The notes beneath the pieces are model-generated. The model saw only the letters and a list, made by a program, of their open reading frames with translations. It had not been told where the DNA came from and ran no database searches. From the sequence record LT598654.1: a DNA stretch of 64,000 bases, one strand, 5' to 3'. A program made the translations under genes and the position numbers. The stretch's first letter is position 1. Each line of letters opens with the position of its first letter. Positions 37,226 to 47,483 of this stretch are shown piece after piece.

Positions 37226-40200
37226 TACGCAACCTCTTCTTTGTATTTACGTAGTGCCTTTTTCTTAGCCCTTGCACTAGCGATTGCTTTCTTGATACTG
37301 GTACGTCGAGTGTTACCGATTTCAGATCCACCTTGCGCTTGCTTCTCTGCTTTCTCACGACGAGCCAACTCTTTTTCGTTCGCTGGTATTTCTTTGAGGT
37401 ATTTCTTGATTGCTTTTTTCTCTTTAGGTGTACGAATATCTTCACCCATAGACTCAATCTTAATACCGTTAGACCACAGTTGCTTCTTCATCCAATCAGG
37501 CATCGTAGCATACTGAGTTTCCATGATTGTGTGGTACGCTTTGTCTATGTCAATGTCATAGCTGAGTTCGTTGACCTGTGTTTCCAGCGTGGTACGAATG
37601 AGTTTCTTCATACCTTCATAGGAGAAGTCCCATCCTTCAACGTGTTTCTCAGTAGCGCCTATTTCAAAGTCAATCTCAGGTAGACTGGTAAAATCAAAGT
37701 CGATACGATTCTGAACCTGCTTAACCACTTCACTAGTCAAACCTCGCTCAATCATATCAAGTGCTAACCAAACGTCTTCATAACCACACTCAACAGTTAC
37801 CGAGTCATGCACCGATACCGACAAGTGCATATCAGGATAGTGACCTGTTTTCTCGTAGTGTTCATACATCATGCGATTGATATTACGAATACCGATCATC
37901 ATTAAGTCTGAACCGAAACCCTGAACAGGTGAGTTTACTGATCTACGTTCTTGGCTTGATACAACAAAGCCTGCGTGAGGATAATCTTTAGGCAGCATCA
38001 ATGCCCATAGATGCCTACGACGACCCAACGGCGATTCAACAAACAAGTTCTTACGTGCAAACTTCTTAATCTTATCAAACCATTTCAAACCAACAGGGAA
38101 ACGAGTTAAGAACTTTTCCTTTAGTTCCACAATCTTTTCAACTGTTTGACCGGAACCCGCTGCAAGACCTTTATCACCTTGTTGATAGATAAGACCGAAG
38201 ATTACAGTCTTAACCGAGTTACGAACTTCCTTAATCTTATCACGCGCTGTAATAGGAATACCGAAGAAGTAACTGGCATTCAAACGGTGAACGTCACCTT
38301 CGTCTTCAATACGACGAGCGACTAACTTGTCAGGAACAAAACGGAAACGATTACGTAAGTCTGCACCTGTCTGGAACAAGTCAGCTACGCCTTTATCTCC
38401 TGATATAATAGACCAACCTCTAACTTCGTGTGCCGAGTAATCCACTTTGATTAGTAGTTTACCTTTACGCGAACTGAATAGACGTTTAATCTGTTTACCT
38501 AAAACACTGCGGCTTGGAATCTGCTGCAAGTTAGGATCAGAGGCAGACGTTCGACCCGTAACAACTTTTTGATAAGAGTAACGTGGTCGTATGCGTTGGT
38601 CATATTTAAAGTCGTCGTTAGATGCCCATAGCTTCAACAGGTTTTTAACGTATGCGTTTCTAAGCTTACACGCTTTTTGCCAGTCACCAAATAACTGAAC
38701 CATCTTAACGTCTTTGTATTGCTTCTGGAAGTCTTTATCGATCTTACCAAGAAATTTACCGTTAGAACGTTTCTTCTTCGTACTGACACCGACCGGCTCC
38801 AGTTCCATAACATCAAAGAACAGCATTTGTTTATGTTCTTCGGAGTTAAGAGAAAAGTTATCTTTGATTTCAACTTTACCGAACAAGCCTTCGCTAGGTA
38901 AGTTGCGGCCTTCACTGATTAACTCATTTACCTTACGCACTTCTTTAGACGTATATATCTGAGCCTCAATCTTGGCAATCTCTTGGTTAATAGGACTGTC
39001 AGGATGCTCTAGCTTAAACAGGTACTCTACATCAGTGTACGCACCCGTCGATTCCAGACAACTGAAGGTGTGTATTTGGTCACTGATCTGTTTACCTATC
39101 AGTGCTTCATACTTCTTGAACTTTATGTCCTTAGCCCTGCGCAATTGCGAAAAGAAAATGTGCCAGGGAACCACAACGTCAAGACTACAATAATCTAGCA
39201 CAGGTTCGTCAAGGTGTACCTTACTGATAGTTGCTCGGTCTTCTTTACCAAACTCATTGGTGTAGAAGCTACGACAACCATACTGCATAGCCAAGTTAGC
39301 AAGATTGTAATAACCAAAACTAGTGATGTTATGTATCACTTTCATGTTTTCGTCAAGACCGAATTCACCAGCCTGTATATCCCAAACGTCAGCTTTGTAA
39401 TATCGGATACCGAAGTTACTACGCATTACGTTAAGGTCGAACTGTGCGTTTGCGTATATCTGGTAAACGTTTTTGTTATCCTGTTCAAAGTATTTCTTGA
39501 ACAGCTTCTTAACCAACTTCAACTCCTTAGCAGTAAACGGAGTATCCATATGGTAGATTGGGATAATGTAAGCGGTCTTACCGTCAGCACATAACTGAAC
39601 TGTTTGCAGTCGGTTACACACACGATACAGGTTTTCTGTTTCTGTATCCACTGCAACATACTTGCTTTTAGCCATAAGCTTCAAGCATTTCTTTAGTTTG
39701 TCAATCGTGTCTACATAAACTACATCGTAGTTCTTTTTGGTTTCATCAGATACAAAAGGAATCTTATATCTAAGAGTACCACCGTCCAAAGTAGAAACGA
39801 AATTACGAGCGGTGTATCCTAACAAGTTTGCAGTGTTAGTAAGGTCGCCGTTCTTGTTACTGATCATCCCATTAAAGCTGAGTGAACTTATGTGGATGAA
39901 TTTGTGCTTCTTCTTACCTTGCTCAACCTTCGCATTAATAGGTACACCTAACCAATGCTGGTCAAAGCCTTTGTGCTGCACAATCAAGTCACGGCTTATA
40001 GCGTACTGAGGATCTTTACCGAATGTATGAACAATATCAGGCTTGTACTCGATAATAGCCTGGCGCATACGACGAGCGAATTCCAAACGAGCTTCGTTTT
40101 GGTAATCCTCACTCATGCCGTAGGTTTTAAAACAATTAAAGTTCATAACCAAGTAGTCGTATTCCTCAATTGAATACTCAGCTTGGTAGAATTCGTAGGC

Positions 40201-40419
40201 TAGGTCAGCTACTTTATGAAACACGTTATCAGTATAACCCGATAGTATTTCACCTGTACCTAAATCTTCGGAGGGAACGTGGTCTAATACAAACAGTATC
40301 TTACCGACAGGTTTCTTTGGTTTATTTCTCAACAGTTTGAGATCGCCTTTGAACTCCACTACTCGGTCGTAATACCGGTCTTTGAAGTCAAAGTCAAAGT
40401 CTATATAGGACTGGCTCAT
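37225..40419 (-). CDS. polA: Family A DNA polymerase with 3'-5' exonuclease and N-terminal UDG-like domain
   Basis: ExoI VDTET, ExoII NAQFD, ExoIII YCSLD; TGRTSASDPNLQQIP; motif A DYSAHEVR; motif B RNSVKTVIFGLIY; NSPVQGFGSD; motif C VHDS. Confidence 0.95.
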   Translation of the reverse strand: MSQSYIDFDFDFKDRYYDRVVEFKGDLKLLRNKPKKPVGKILFVLDHVPSEDLGTGEILSGYTDNVFHKVADLAYEFYQAEYSIEEYDYLVMNFNCFKTYGMSEDYQNEARLEFARRMRQAIIEYKPDIVHTFGKDPQYAISRDLIVQHKGFDQHWLGVPINAKVEQGKKKHKFIHISSLSFNGMISNKNGDLTNTANLLGYTARNFVSTLDGGTLRYKIPFVSDETKKNYDVVYVDTIDKLKKCLKLMAKSKYVAVDTETENLYRVCNRLQTVQLCADGKTAYIIPIYHMDTPFTAKELKLVKKLFKKYFEQDNKNVYQIYANAQFDLNVMRSNFGIRYYKADVWDIQAGEFGLDENMKVIHNITSFGYYNLANLAMQYGCRSFYTNEFGKEDRATISKVHLDEPVLDYCSLDVVVPWHIFFSQLRRAKDIKFKKYEALIGKQISDQIHTFSCLESTGAYTDVEYLFKLEHPDSPINQEIAKIEAQIYTSKEVRKVNELISEGRNLPSEGLFGKVEIKDNFSLNSEEHKQMLFFDVMELEPVGVSTKKKRSNGKFLGKIDKDFQKQYKDVKMVQLFGDWQKACKLRNAYVKNLLKLWASNDDFKYDQRIRPRYSYQKVVTGRTSASDPNLQQIPSRSVLGKQIKRLFSSRKGKLLIKVDYSAHEVRGWSIISGDKGVADLFQTGADLRNRFRFVPDKLVARRIEDEGDVHRLNASYFFGIPITARDKIKEVRNSVKTVIFGLIYQQGDKGLAAGSGQTVEKIVELKEKFLTRFPVGLKWFDKIKKFARKNLFVESPLGRRRHLWALMLPKDYPHAGFVVSSQERRSVNSPVQGFGSDLMMIGIRNINRMMYEHYEKTGHYPDMHLSVSVHDSVTVECGYEDVWLALDMIERGLTSEVVKQVQNRIDFDFTSLPEIDFEIGATEKHVEGWDFSYEGMKKLIRTTLETQVNELSYDIDIDKAYHTIMETQYATMPDWMKKQLWSNGIKIESMGEDIRTPKEKKAIKKYLKEIPANEKELARREKAEKQAQGGSEIGNTRRTSIKKAIASARAKKKALRKYKEEVA

Positions 40420-40489
40420 ATCATAGATAACATACAGTTAATTGAATTCAGTATGTGTTTACACTTTTGGAATCCATACCCCAGAGGCT

Positions 40490-40512
40490 AAAAAAGGGAC
40501 AATTAAGCCCCT
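40490..40512 (-). terminator. Intrinsic terminator after the peptidoglycan-binding protein gene
   Basis: AGGGGC-TTAATT-GTCCCT followed by TTTTT on the minus strand. Confidence 0.75.
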
Positions 40513-40541
40513 AATTTAGTACTGCGCGTCGTTAAACATTA

Positions 40542-41048
40542 CTACCGTTTCTTTTTCTTCTTACGGAATTGCTGATTGAATTGCGTAGAAGGGGTAGCTG
40601 ACTGTTCTTGCTGAGCCTCACCAGAAGATTCCGCAGTAGCATCCTCAGGTTCTGAATTAGATTCCTCTATTTCGTTTTCAGACTCAGCATCAGTCTTTGG
40701 GTTTTCAGTAGTCTCCGCATCGGGAGCATGTACTGTGTCACGGCGATTGTCGTACACCTCATGCAAGTCACCTGACCATTCAGTAATGCGCTCCTGTGTG
40801 AGTTCATCACAAGCAAGGTAACCTTTACGTCGAGGGTCAAGATAAATACCTGAAGGGTACTTACTAACGTGACCTAATTCAAAAGGCATACCGTTGTTAG
40901 GATACGCTGGCTTGAATTTAGGATCAGCTTCAAACGCCTTCTTAGCTTTGATAGTAAGAGCAGACCAGATACCATCACATTTACCTGTGTAGTAGCCGAG
41001 TGCTTTTAGTATCATTTGTTGGTTCTGAATTAATCGTCTATTAACCAT
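40542..41048 (-). CDS. Peptidoglycan-binding domain protein with acidic tail (168 aa)
   Basis: QNQQMILKALGYYTGKCDGIWSALTIKAKKAFE fits PG_binding_1 (Q..L..LGY....DG..G..T..A...FQ); no catalytic domain seen. Confidence 0.75.
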   Translation of the reverse strand: MVNRRLIQNQQMILKALGYYTGKCDGIWSALTIKAKKAFEADPKFKPAYPNNGMPFELGHVSKYPSGIYLDPRRKGYLACDELTQERITEWSGDLHEVYDNRRDTVHAPDAETTENPKTDAESENEIEESNSEPEDATAESSGEAQQEQSATPSTQFNQQFRKKKKKR

Positions 41049-41074
41049 GTCAAACCTCTAAGAAAAGGGAAGAA

Positions 41075-44000
41075 TTACTTCTTCCCGGTCATGTTTTTAA
41101 GTTCGGCGCTATGCTCACGGCTACGCACTAACTTTAATTGCTGGATTGCTTCAAGTACTTTATCCATGTTCTTGATAGTGTATCCTGCTTTCAACAACTC
41201 ACGAAGTTTAGCTTTCGCTTCGGTCTTGGTAACAGCAAAGAAGATACTCATACCCTCATGCAGCTTCCACTTACCGCCTCGACCCGCACCAGGAATGGTT
41301 TGGTTAAGGTGCTTCTTCATCATTGGGTTAGTGCGCATATCAACAGTGATACGCAAACGGTCAGGCATAACAACTGGGTAAATCTTAATTGTCTTACGGT
41401 CTCTACTCTCACGGTGACGAGTATAGAAGAAGTTAGGCAATTCTGATTGTACCTTAGTAGCCTGTTTCATGTTGAAGTTCATTCGGTTTGCATCTTCGAA
41501 CACATCCAACACCGCTTCAAGACGTTTGGTACTAGCACGATCAAGTTTCATCTTGTCGTCAATGTAATCCAGTGCCTTATCAAACAGTGGGTAACGAATG
41601 AATTCACAATACGCGAATTCACCAAACTCCTGGAAGCCTAAGTTTTTAAGTGTCTTAGAATCCGGGTCGTTAGCATTAACGTGCAGTGCCAAGAATCCGT
41701 TATAGATAGATGGAATAACTGAGATAGCCATATCGCGTACCTCTACACCATCCTGAATCTTAACGTCTTTACCTGATTTAATCGGGTCAAGTTTCTTGAC
41801 TACCTTGTTAACACCATCGTTAACTGGTTTGTTCTTACGAATGTTCTCGCGGCGAATCTTAGCCTTACGACTAACAGACTTTTCTTCCTCAAGATTTTTC
41901 TCAACACGTTTACGTCTTCGTTGCTCCGCAGCTTTCTTCTTAGCAAGCTCTTTGTCTTTCTTAGCCTGGTCGGCTTCGATACGCTTACGCTCACTTTCGG
42001 TAGCCCAAGGTTTGTCAGTAGAGAAGAACTTCTTGAAGTCTTCCTGAGTTACCTTAGCAGCAACAAATAAACGGCGAGGATGTACACGACCAATTTCATC
42101 GTTACCTGAATAACGCATACGCACGTTAGAAACAGGCATCTTAGGATCAATGTACTTGGTACCGTCTTCGCGTGTAACGTAGTTGACAGTGAAGCCAACA
42201 ATGACACCCGTACCGAACTCTGAACGTACAGGTAGTCCACGCAGAACTTTAGTTAGCTGTTCTTCGGTAAGACCTTCTAACTGCTCCAAGTTACCATCGT
42301 AATTCTTATCAGTCCACTCACCATACCAATCAAGGAATCGAGTTAGTCCAAAACCATCAGGGTCAGGAATGTTCTGATTAGGTAGAATAGGTACATTAGT
42401 CAGACGTTTGAAATCTGGTAATGCGTCTACCATCGGTAAGTCCTGCATAGCAGCAAGAGTTGTCTTACGCATTTCGTGGAACTCTTGTCCCTCGATTGCG
42501 TTCAGTTCAGCTTTCGCAGCGAAGTGATCAACAAATGAATCAAAACCTTCAGTAGCAGCACTGATAAGAGTCTTAACATCCATTGAAATCTTAGGTAAGG
42601 TAATACCCATAATATCTTCGTAACGTGGGTTACCTTTTTCATCGAACTTGGTTTTCTCAACAGTCTTCCACATCAGACGAGCAACTTTCGCTACTTCCAA
42701 TGAGCCTTCTGCCATCAACCAGTCAATGTAGATTACTTCACGGCGCATATCACCAGGCTTACCATTTTCAATCTTGGCAGCAGCTGGATCAGGACGGAAG
42801 ATACGAGCAGTAGACTGTTCATAGTCACCTGGTGACCACGGAGTCTCTACACGAATAATACGTGAAGCCATTTGCAAGTTGTGACCTTCCGTAATAGCCT
42901 GTTCGTTAGCAATCAGGATTTTAACATCAGGGTCAGTCTTGAACGCTTCAACGTTCTCCCATTTCTCAGCAACCTGCCCATGGAAACGACGAGCAACTGA
43001 TTTGTACTTAGGAGGTAGCGACTTGTAGATAGCATCTACTGAACGTGTATAACGACAGAAGATAAGTACCTTACCGTGCATTTCTTCCTTCCAATGTTCT
43101 AAATCTTCATCGGGTGGAATATTGCTAGGCGGACATTCGCGACGCTTCAAGCTTACTTCTTCGGTTTCTAACCGACGGCGCATGTAACGAAGACCTTTGT
43201 GCTCTACAACATCAAGTTCACGAGGAATCATACCTTGTTGCCAGCGAACAACACGAGCACCGCTGGTAGCGTTAGGGTCGTAGTCGAATACCTGGAAGTG
43301 ACGGTCAAGACGTTTTTCTACAGCACGTACTTTAGCACTAACAAACGTAGGAGGTACACCAGCTTCTTTAGCAGCAACGATAAATGCGTCATCACCCCAT
43401 GGGTCAACGATTAACTGCTCCAGCTTTTGCATGTAGGATTTAAACAACTGAGGATTAATAGCACTCAGTTCATCGTCATCATCAAAGTCCAGTTCTTCGG
43501 TGTTACCGTCTTCGTCATCACCTTCGTCTTCTTGGTCTTCACCTTGTGTACCTTTGTACGCTTTAATCTTCTCTTCCAATTCCTGGATAGTAGACATAAG
43601 CAACGCATTGTACACCTGCATGAAAATTTCATCATTCGGATCAGGGTCATCCGGGTCAAGCAACTTAATCGGTACGAAAGCATCGATAGGAGTAGGAAGC
43701 ATGAATGCCCATTCCTTACGCTTAACCGTAATTACGGCTGCGTTCTGACCGAACTTACTGCGTACACGGATTGCACCATCAGCAGCACTAGCATCGAAAG
43801 CGAAATCATTTGGCGTACGGAAAGTATGAGCACTAAATAGAGCCGACTGACCTACTACGTCTTCAAGAAGACCGTGAATCAAAGTACCTGTTGCAAGACG
43901 CGAGTACTTAACGTGAGGTGCAGTAAACACTTGCTTGATTGTAGCGTGTACAATCGAAATCTTACCTTTAGCAGGATCAAATTTCTTAGCTTTGTGTGAT

Positions 44001-46903
44001 TCATCCAATGCAACGTACTGGTACTTCTGACGTTTAATGAATTCACAACCACCGTAAAGCTTCAACTTACGAGGACCGTAACTAATATCTTCTTCTTTAG
44101 ACTTCAAGAAGTTGATACCAACAAAGCTGATTGTATTAGGTGGAGCGTTTTGAATTAATTCTTCAAGCTTCTCCTCACCCCAAGTATCAAAGCTGTCTTT
44201 GGTAATTGGGATAGCGTTCCATGAACCCTTGGTGATTTTAGCTAAGTCTTCACACCAGTTAGCAACGAGTTTATCTGGACAGATAACCAAGTACCGCATA
44301 GGTTCAGATGATTCACGAACCATAGCACCAATGTCTAACAGAAGCGTGATTGTCTTACCGCCACCTGGATGAATATCAAGTACCGCGAACTTAGGTTTGT
44401 TCCGCAGATACTTGTGCGCTTTAATCTGGTGAGGGAATACTTTACTTCCGCTTGCAATACCAGGCATCTGAATATCAGAAACATCGATGGACTCGTCCAT
44501 GCTGTAGCTTTCAGATTCCTGCTCAGCCTGTTCAAAGATATTGATTGCATTAGGTACGTACTTAGAGAACATGTAAGCCATTGGCATAATAACGTGGGTA
44601 ACGTCATTATAAGGCATCATGTAACCACCTAAAGTAGCATCAAATTCTTCAAGAGGTTGGAACAAGTCGCGAGGGTCAGCAAGAGTAATCTGCTCACATA
44701 CCAACTTGAATAGTAAACCACCCAAGTAGTTGTAGACGTTACCGAACTCAGCCATTGTACTACTGAAAGAATTAAAGTAAGCGCCATGCTCTTTAATTTC
44801 GGTATGTACGTTCTCTGCACCAACTTCTTCAAACACAACATCAAACAGGTTACCACCTGGAGAACCCATTGCATCTTTCATCGCATCGTGAAGACAGCTA
44901 AAGATAATCTCTACTTCATTACCTTCGGTAGAATTTTTCAGCTTAACATCACTTGATAACCATGCGCTGTAAAGAGCGTTGTCCAATTTACTTTCAGACA
45001 GGTTAGTGATATTGAGTTCAGACGCTGCCTGCTTAATCAGTTCTTCGAGACCTTTTACTTTGTTCTTACGTAACAGGAACACGTATGTACGTAACAGCTT
45101 TTTAAAGCGGTCGTTGAACAAGAAAGGTAGACGGTTGTTAACTGGGTAGCCTACATAAGCATCTTTCTTGGGATCCATATCCGAGAAGTCAGCACCCGGC
45201 ATCATGTAGTTTAAGCTTTGCGTAAAGTTTTTCTTCTGGTCACGTTCCTGCTCTTGTGCAAAGTCGTAACCCAAGTAATCCGCAATAGCCAACGCACTAG
45301 GTTCGGTAGAGCCGTTCAAGTCGGTTGCAATCTGAGAGAATGCGCTAGACACACCAGCAGACAGTGCAACGTTGTAATCCCAGTTGAATGCAAGCAATGC
45401 ACCTTTGTACCGCTCTAACTGTTTCTTACGCGCAATAACCGCAGACTCTACTCGGTAATCTTTTTTAGACACCACGAAAGCTCTGCTGATCAAAGTAGCA
45501 GTATCAGTCAGAGGAGCACCTGCACGGTAAGATGCTTCCAATGCCGCATCCAGATCACGTTCATAAGCTTCTGCGTTATTGAAGCCAGTGTCTTCGGTAC
45601 GAGGCATAAACGTTAGCAGACCACGTGGGCTAACACCGATACGGTCTTGGTTTACACGACCTGGATCTTTAGGCAGGTTGTTATCGTCACGGTGCTTCAA
45701 CAGGATGCTGTTTTTCGAAGCAGGGATAATGTAACGAGGCAAACGCTGGAATGCCGCACGACCTTTGAGGTTTGCATTCGAGATACGAGAACCTTTAGGA
45801 CGTAAATAGACTTTACCCCATTGGTCAATCCAGTTAGTCAGAGCGTACAGGTTAAGCGTACCGTCGGTGGTTTGTGAAATGTAATCCACATACTCACGAG
45901 GTAAGTTCATTGCTAAACTTACATGGAACTTCTGCATAACTGCCGATTCTTTAGAAACATGCTGAGTTAAATCAGGTTCTGTAAGTTCTGTAACGTCTTC
46001 CGGGTTTTGGTCTTTGTACTTTAACTTGTTGTAGTAGCTGCTCATTGCGGCTACAGCATTCTTATTAGGCGGAACCATCACAAGAATAGAGAAGTTAGGA
46101 TGCAAAGAACTGTGAACCTGTTCGTTAGCAAAGATACCTGGATTAAAACCGAACTTACGTGCGAACACTTGGTCCAGTGAAGTAAAGTCAAAATCAAAAG
46201 GTAACTGAACTTGACGCCAATCCGTACAGGTTTCTACACTAAGAGCAGAACCAAAGATAAGCTTTTGGATTTCTTCCATCACAGACATTGCATCTTGTGC
46301 AACGCTTGAAGCATAGTGGCGTGTGTAAGCATTATCATAACCAATACCAGCAGCAGCCATGATAGGTTCTTCATAAGATGCAAGACCAAACGCAAGACCC
46401 GCACTAGTAGAAGATCCATCACCAGAGTAAGCGGGTACACCGGTAAACATAATGTCTTTACCGCCTTTGAAACGCTTACTGTCTTGGATTGTATGGTACT
46501 GACCTGAACTCATAGCACCTAAGAAAGAGCGTGTGAGTTCATCGACAAGTTCTTCACCTGATGCTGCCTGCTTAATAAGCTCTACACGGCTCATTACGCG
46601 GTTTTTAAATTCGTCGGCATCTGATTCAAGAATGTCTTCGTAACGACCACCGCTAGTAAGCAGGTGGTTAAGTATACGGTACATGTTGTTAAGCTGAGCA
46701 GAATAATTAACCAGACTACCAACCATGATAGAAAAGTCTACAGCTTTTAAGCCTGCTTTATTTTTGCTTCGCTTAGGAAAGAACGTGTTTTCGTAGTCGG
46801 CTGCCTTGTTGCCTTCTAGTTTAACAGGTGCAAGAACTTCTTGTATGTTCATACCTGCGCTTAAACTTTCAAGACCATTGGCTGCACTATTTTCGTTTGA
46901 CAT
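41075..46903 (-). CDS. Very large SNF2-family helicase/ATPase (1942 aa)
   Basis: HQIKA, LDIHPGGGKT, LVICP, ALDESH, LATGTLI, KVLIFC, EGHNLQMASRII...PWSPGDYEQSTARIFR. Confidence 0.9.
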   Translation of the reverse strand: MSNENSAANGLESLSAGMNIQEVLAPVKLEGNKAADYENTFFPKRSKNKAGLKAVDFSIMVGSLVNYSAQLNNMYRILNHLLTSGGRYEDILESDADEFKNRVMSRVELIKQAASGEELVDELTRSFLGAMSSGQYHTIQDSKRFKGGKDIMFTGVPAYSGDGSSTSAGLAFGLASYEEPIMAAAGIGYDNAYTRHYASSVAQDAMSVMEEIQKLIFGSALSVETCTDWRQVQLPFDFDFTSLDQVFARKFGFNPGIFANEQVHSSLHPNFSILVMVPPNKNAVAAMSSYYNKLKYKDQNPEDVTELTEPDLTQHVSKESAVMQKFHVSLAMNLPREYVDYISQTTDGTLNLYALTNWIDQWGKVYLRPKGSRISNANLKGRAAFQRLPRYIIPASKNSILLKHRDDNNLPKDPGRVNQDRIGVSPRGLLTFMPRTEDTGFNNAEAYERDLDAALEASYRAGAPLTDTATLISRAFVVSKKDYRVESAVIARKKQLERYKGALLAFNWDYNVALSAGVSSAFSQIATDLNGSTEPSALAIADYLGYDFAQEQERDQKKNFTQSLNYMMPGADFSDMDPKKDAYVGYPVNNRLPFLFNDRFKKLLRTYVFLLRKNKVKGLEELIKQAASELNITNLSESKLDNALYSAWLSSDVKLKNSTEGNEVEIIFSCLHDAMKDAMGSPGGNLFDVVFEEVGAENVHTEIKEHGAYFNSFSSTMAEFGNVYNYLGGLLFKLVCEQITLADPRDLFQPLEEFDATLGGYMMPYNDVTHVIMPMAYMFSKYVPNAINIFEQAEQESESYSMDESIDVSDIQMPGIASGSKVFPHQIKAHKYLRNKPKFAVLDIHPGGGKTITLLLDIGAMVRESSEPMRYLVICPDKLVANWCEDLAKITKGSWNAIPITKDSFDTWGEEKLEELIQNAPPNTISFVGINFLKSKEEDISYGPRKLKLYGGCEFIKRQKYQYVALDESHKAKKFDPAKGKISIVHATIKQVFTAPHVKYSRLATGTLIHGLLEDVVGQSALFSAHTFRTPNDFAFDASAADGAIRVRSKFGQNAAVITVKRKEWAFMLPTPIDAFVPIKLLDPDDPDPNDEIFMQVYNALLMSTIQELEEKIKAYKGTQGEDQEDEGDDEDGNTEELDFDDDDELSAINPQLFKSYMQKLEQLIVDPWGDDAFIVAAKEAGVPPTFVSAKVRAVEKRLDRHFQVFDYDPNATSGARVVRWQQGMIPRELDVVEHKGLRYMRRRLETEEVSLKRRECPPSNIPPDEDLEHWKEEMHGKVLIFCRYTRSVDAIYKSLPPKYKSVARRFHGQVAEKWENVEAFKTDPDVKILIANEQAITEGHNLQMASRIIRVETPWSPGDYEQSTARIFRPDPAAAKIENGKPGDMRREVIYIDWLMAEGSLEVAKVARLMWKTVEKTKFDEKGNPRYEDIMGITLPKISMDVKTLISAATEGFDSFVDHFAAKAELNAIEGQEFHEMRKTTLAAMQDLPMVDALPDFKRLTNVPILPNQNIPDPDGFGLTRFLDWYGEWTDKNYDGNLEQLEGLTEEQLTKVLRGLPVRSEFGTGVIVGFTVNYVTREDGTKYIDPKMPVSNVRMRYSGNDEIGRVHPRRLFVAAKVTQEDFKKFFSTDKPWATESERKRIEADQAKKDKELAKKKAAEQRRRKRVEKNLEEEKSVSRKAKIRRENIRKNKPVNDGVNKVVKKLDPIKSGKDVKIQDGVEVRDMAISVIPSIYNGFLALHVNANDPDSKTLKNLGFQEFGEFAYCEFIRYPLFDKALDYIDDKMKLDRASTKRLEAVLDVFEDANRMNFNMKQATKVQSELPNFFYTRHRESRDRKTIKIYPVVMPDRLRITVDMRTNPMMKKHLNQTIPGAGRGGKWKLHEGMSIFFAVTKTEAKAKLRELLKAGYTIKNMDKVLEAIQQLKLVRSREHSAELKNMTGKK

Positions 46904-46915
46904 AGTGTGCTTCCT

Positions 46916-47482
46916 TTAGATGTATTCTTGCCAAAATTCTGGATAATCCATGTTCACTTGGTTAGCTTCATCGATAAGCATATTAGCGAACATACGACGA
47001 TACCGCGGTTTAAAGCTGCCCCACATTTCGCGAGTTCCGTATTGGAGCAAAACATCGGTGAATTTGTTAGCAAGTAAATACTGGCTAAACTTTTCTTTAA
47101 CGGAAGCAAGTTTTAAATCTTCTTCCATTTCTTCTTCATCGAATACTGAATCGTCAGAGTCCTCGTCAAAAGCAGCATCATCGAATATAGTATTTACAAT
47201 ATTCTGTTGCTTCTTCTCCAGCACCAAGATAAGTTTAAGTAAACTGTTTACCAAAACCGCTTGGTTGCTAGAGTCAAAGGGTAATGTGAAGTTATTCTTT
47301 GAAGCCAAGTCTTGGATAGCAGACAGGATATTGGAGTTCTCTAAATTAAGAGATTCCGTTTGGTCTTCGTCTGCCGAAGCAGATTCGCTCCTCAGGAGCT
47401 TCTTGGCTAAGTCGCTTGCTTCCTCAGTGTAACCCATACACTTTCGGATAATGGCATCAGCGTCGTGTTGAAGTTGTTTCAT
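46916..47482 (-). CDS. Hypothetical acidic protein (188 aa)
   Basis: Packed ORF; no motif. Confidence 0.7.
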   Translation of the reverse strand: MKQLQHDADAIIRKCMGYTEEASDLAKKLLRSESASADEDQTESLNLENSNILSAIQDLASKNNFTLPFDSSNQAVLVNSLLKLILVLEKKQQNIVNTIFDDAAFDEDSDDSVFDEEEMEEDLKLASVKEKFSQYLLANKFTDVLLQYGTREMWGSFKPRYRRMFANMLIDEANQVNMDYPEFWQEYI

Positions 47483-47483
47483 G

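Noticed and set aside
37225-46903. Intein or intron in polA or the SNF2 gene explaining their size
   Set aside because: The frames are uninterrupted, and I saw no intein splice motifs (C/S start, HN-C/S/T end) or LAGLIDADG blocks. An HMM scan would confirm.
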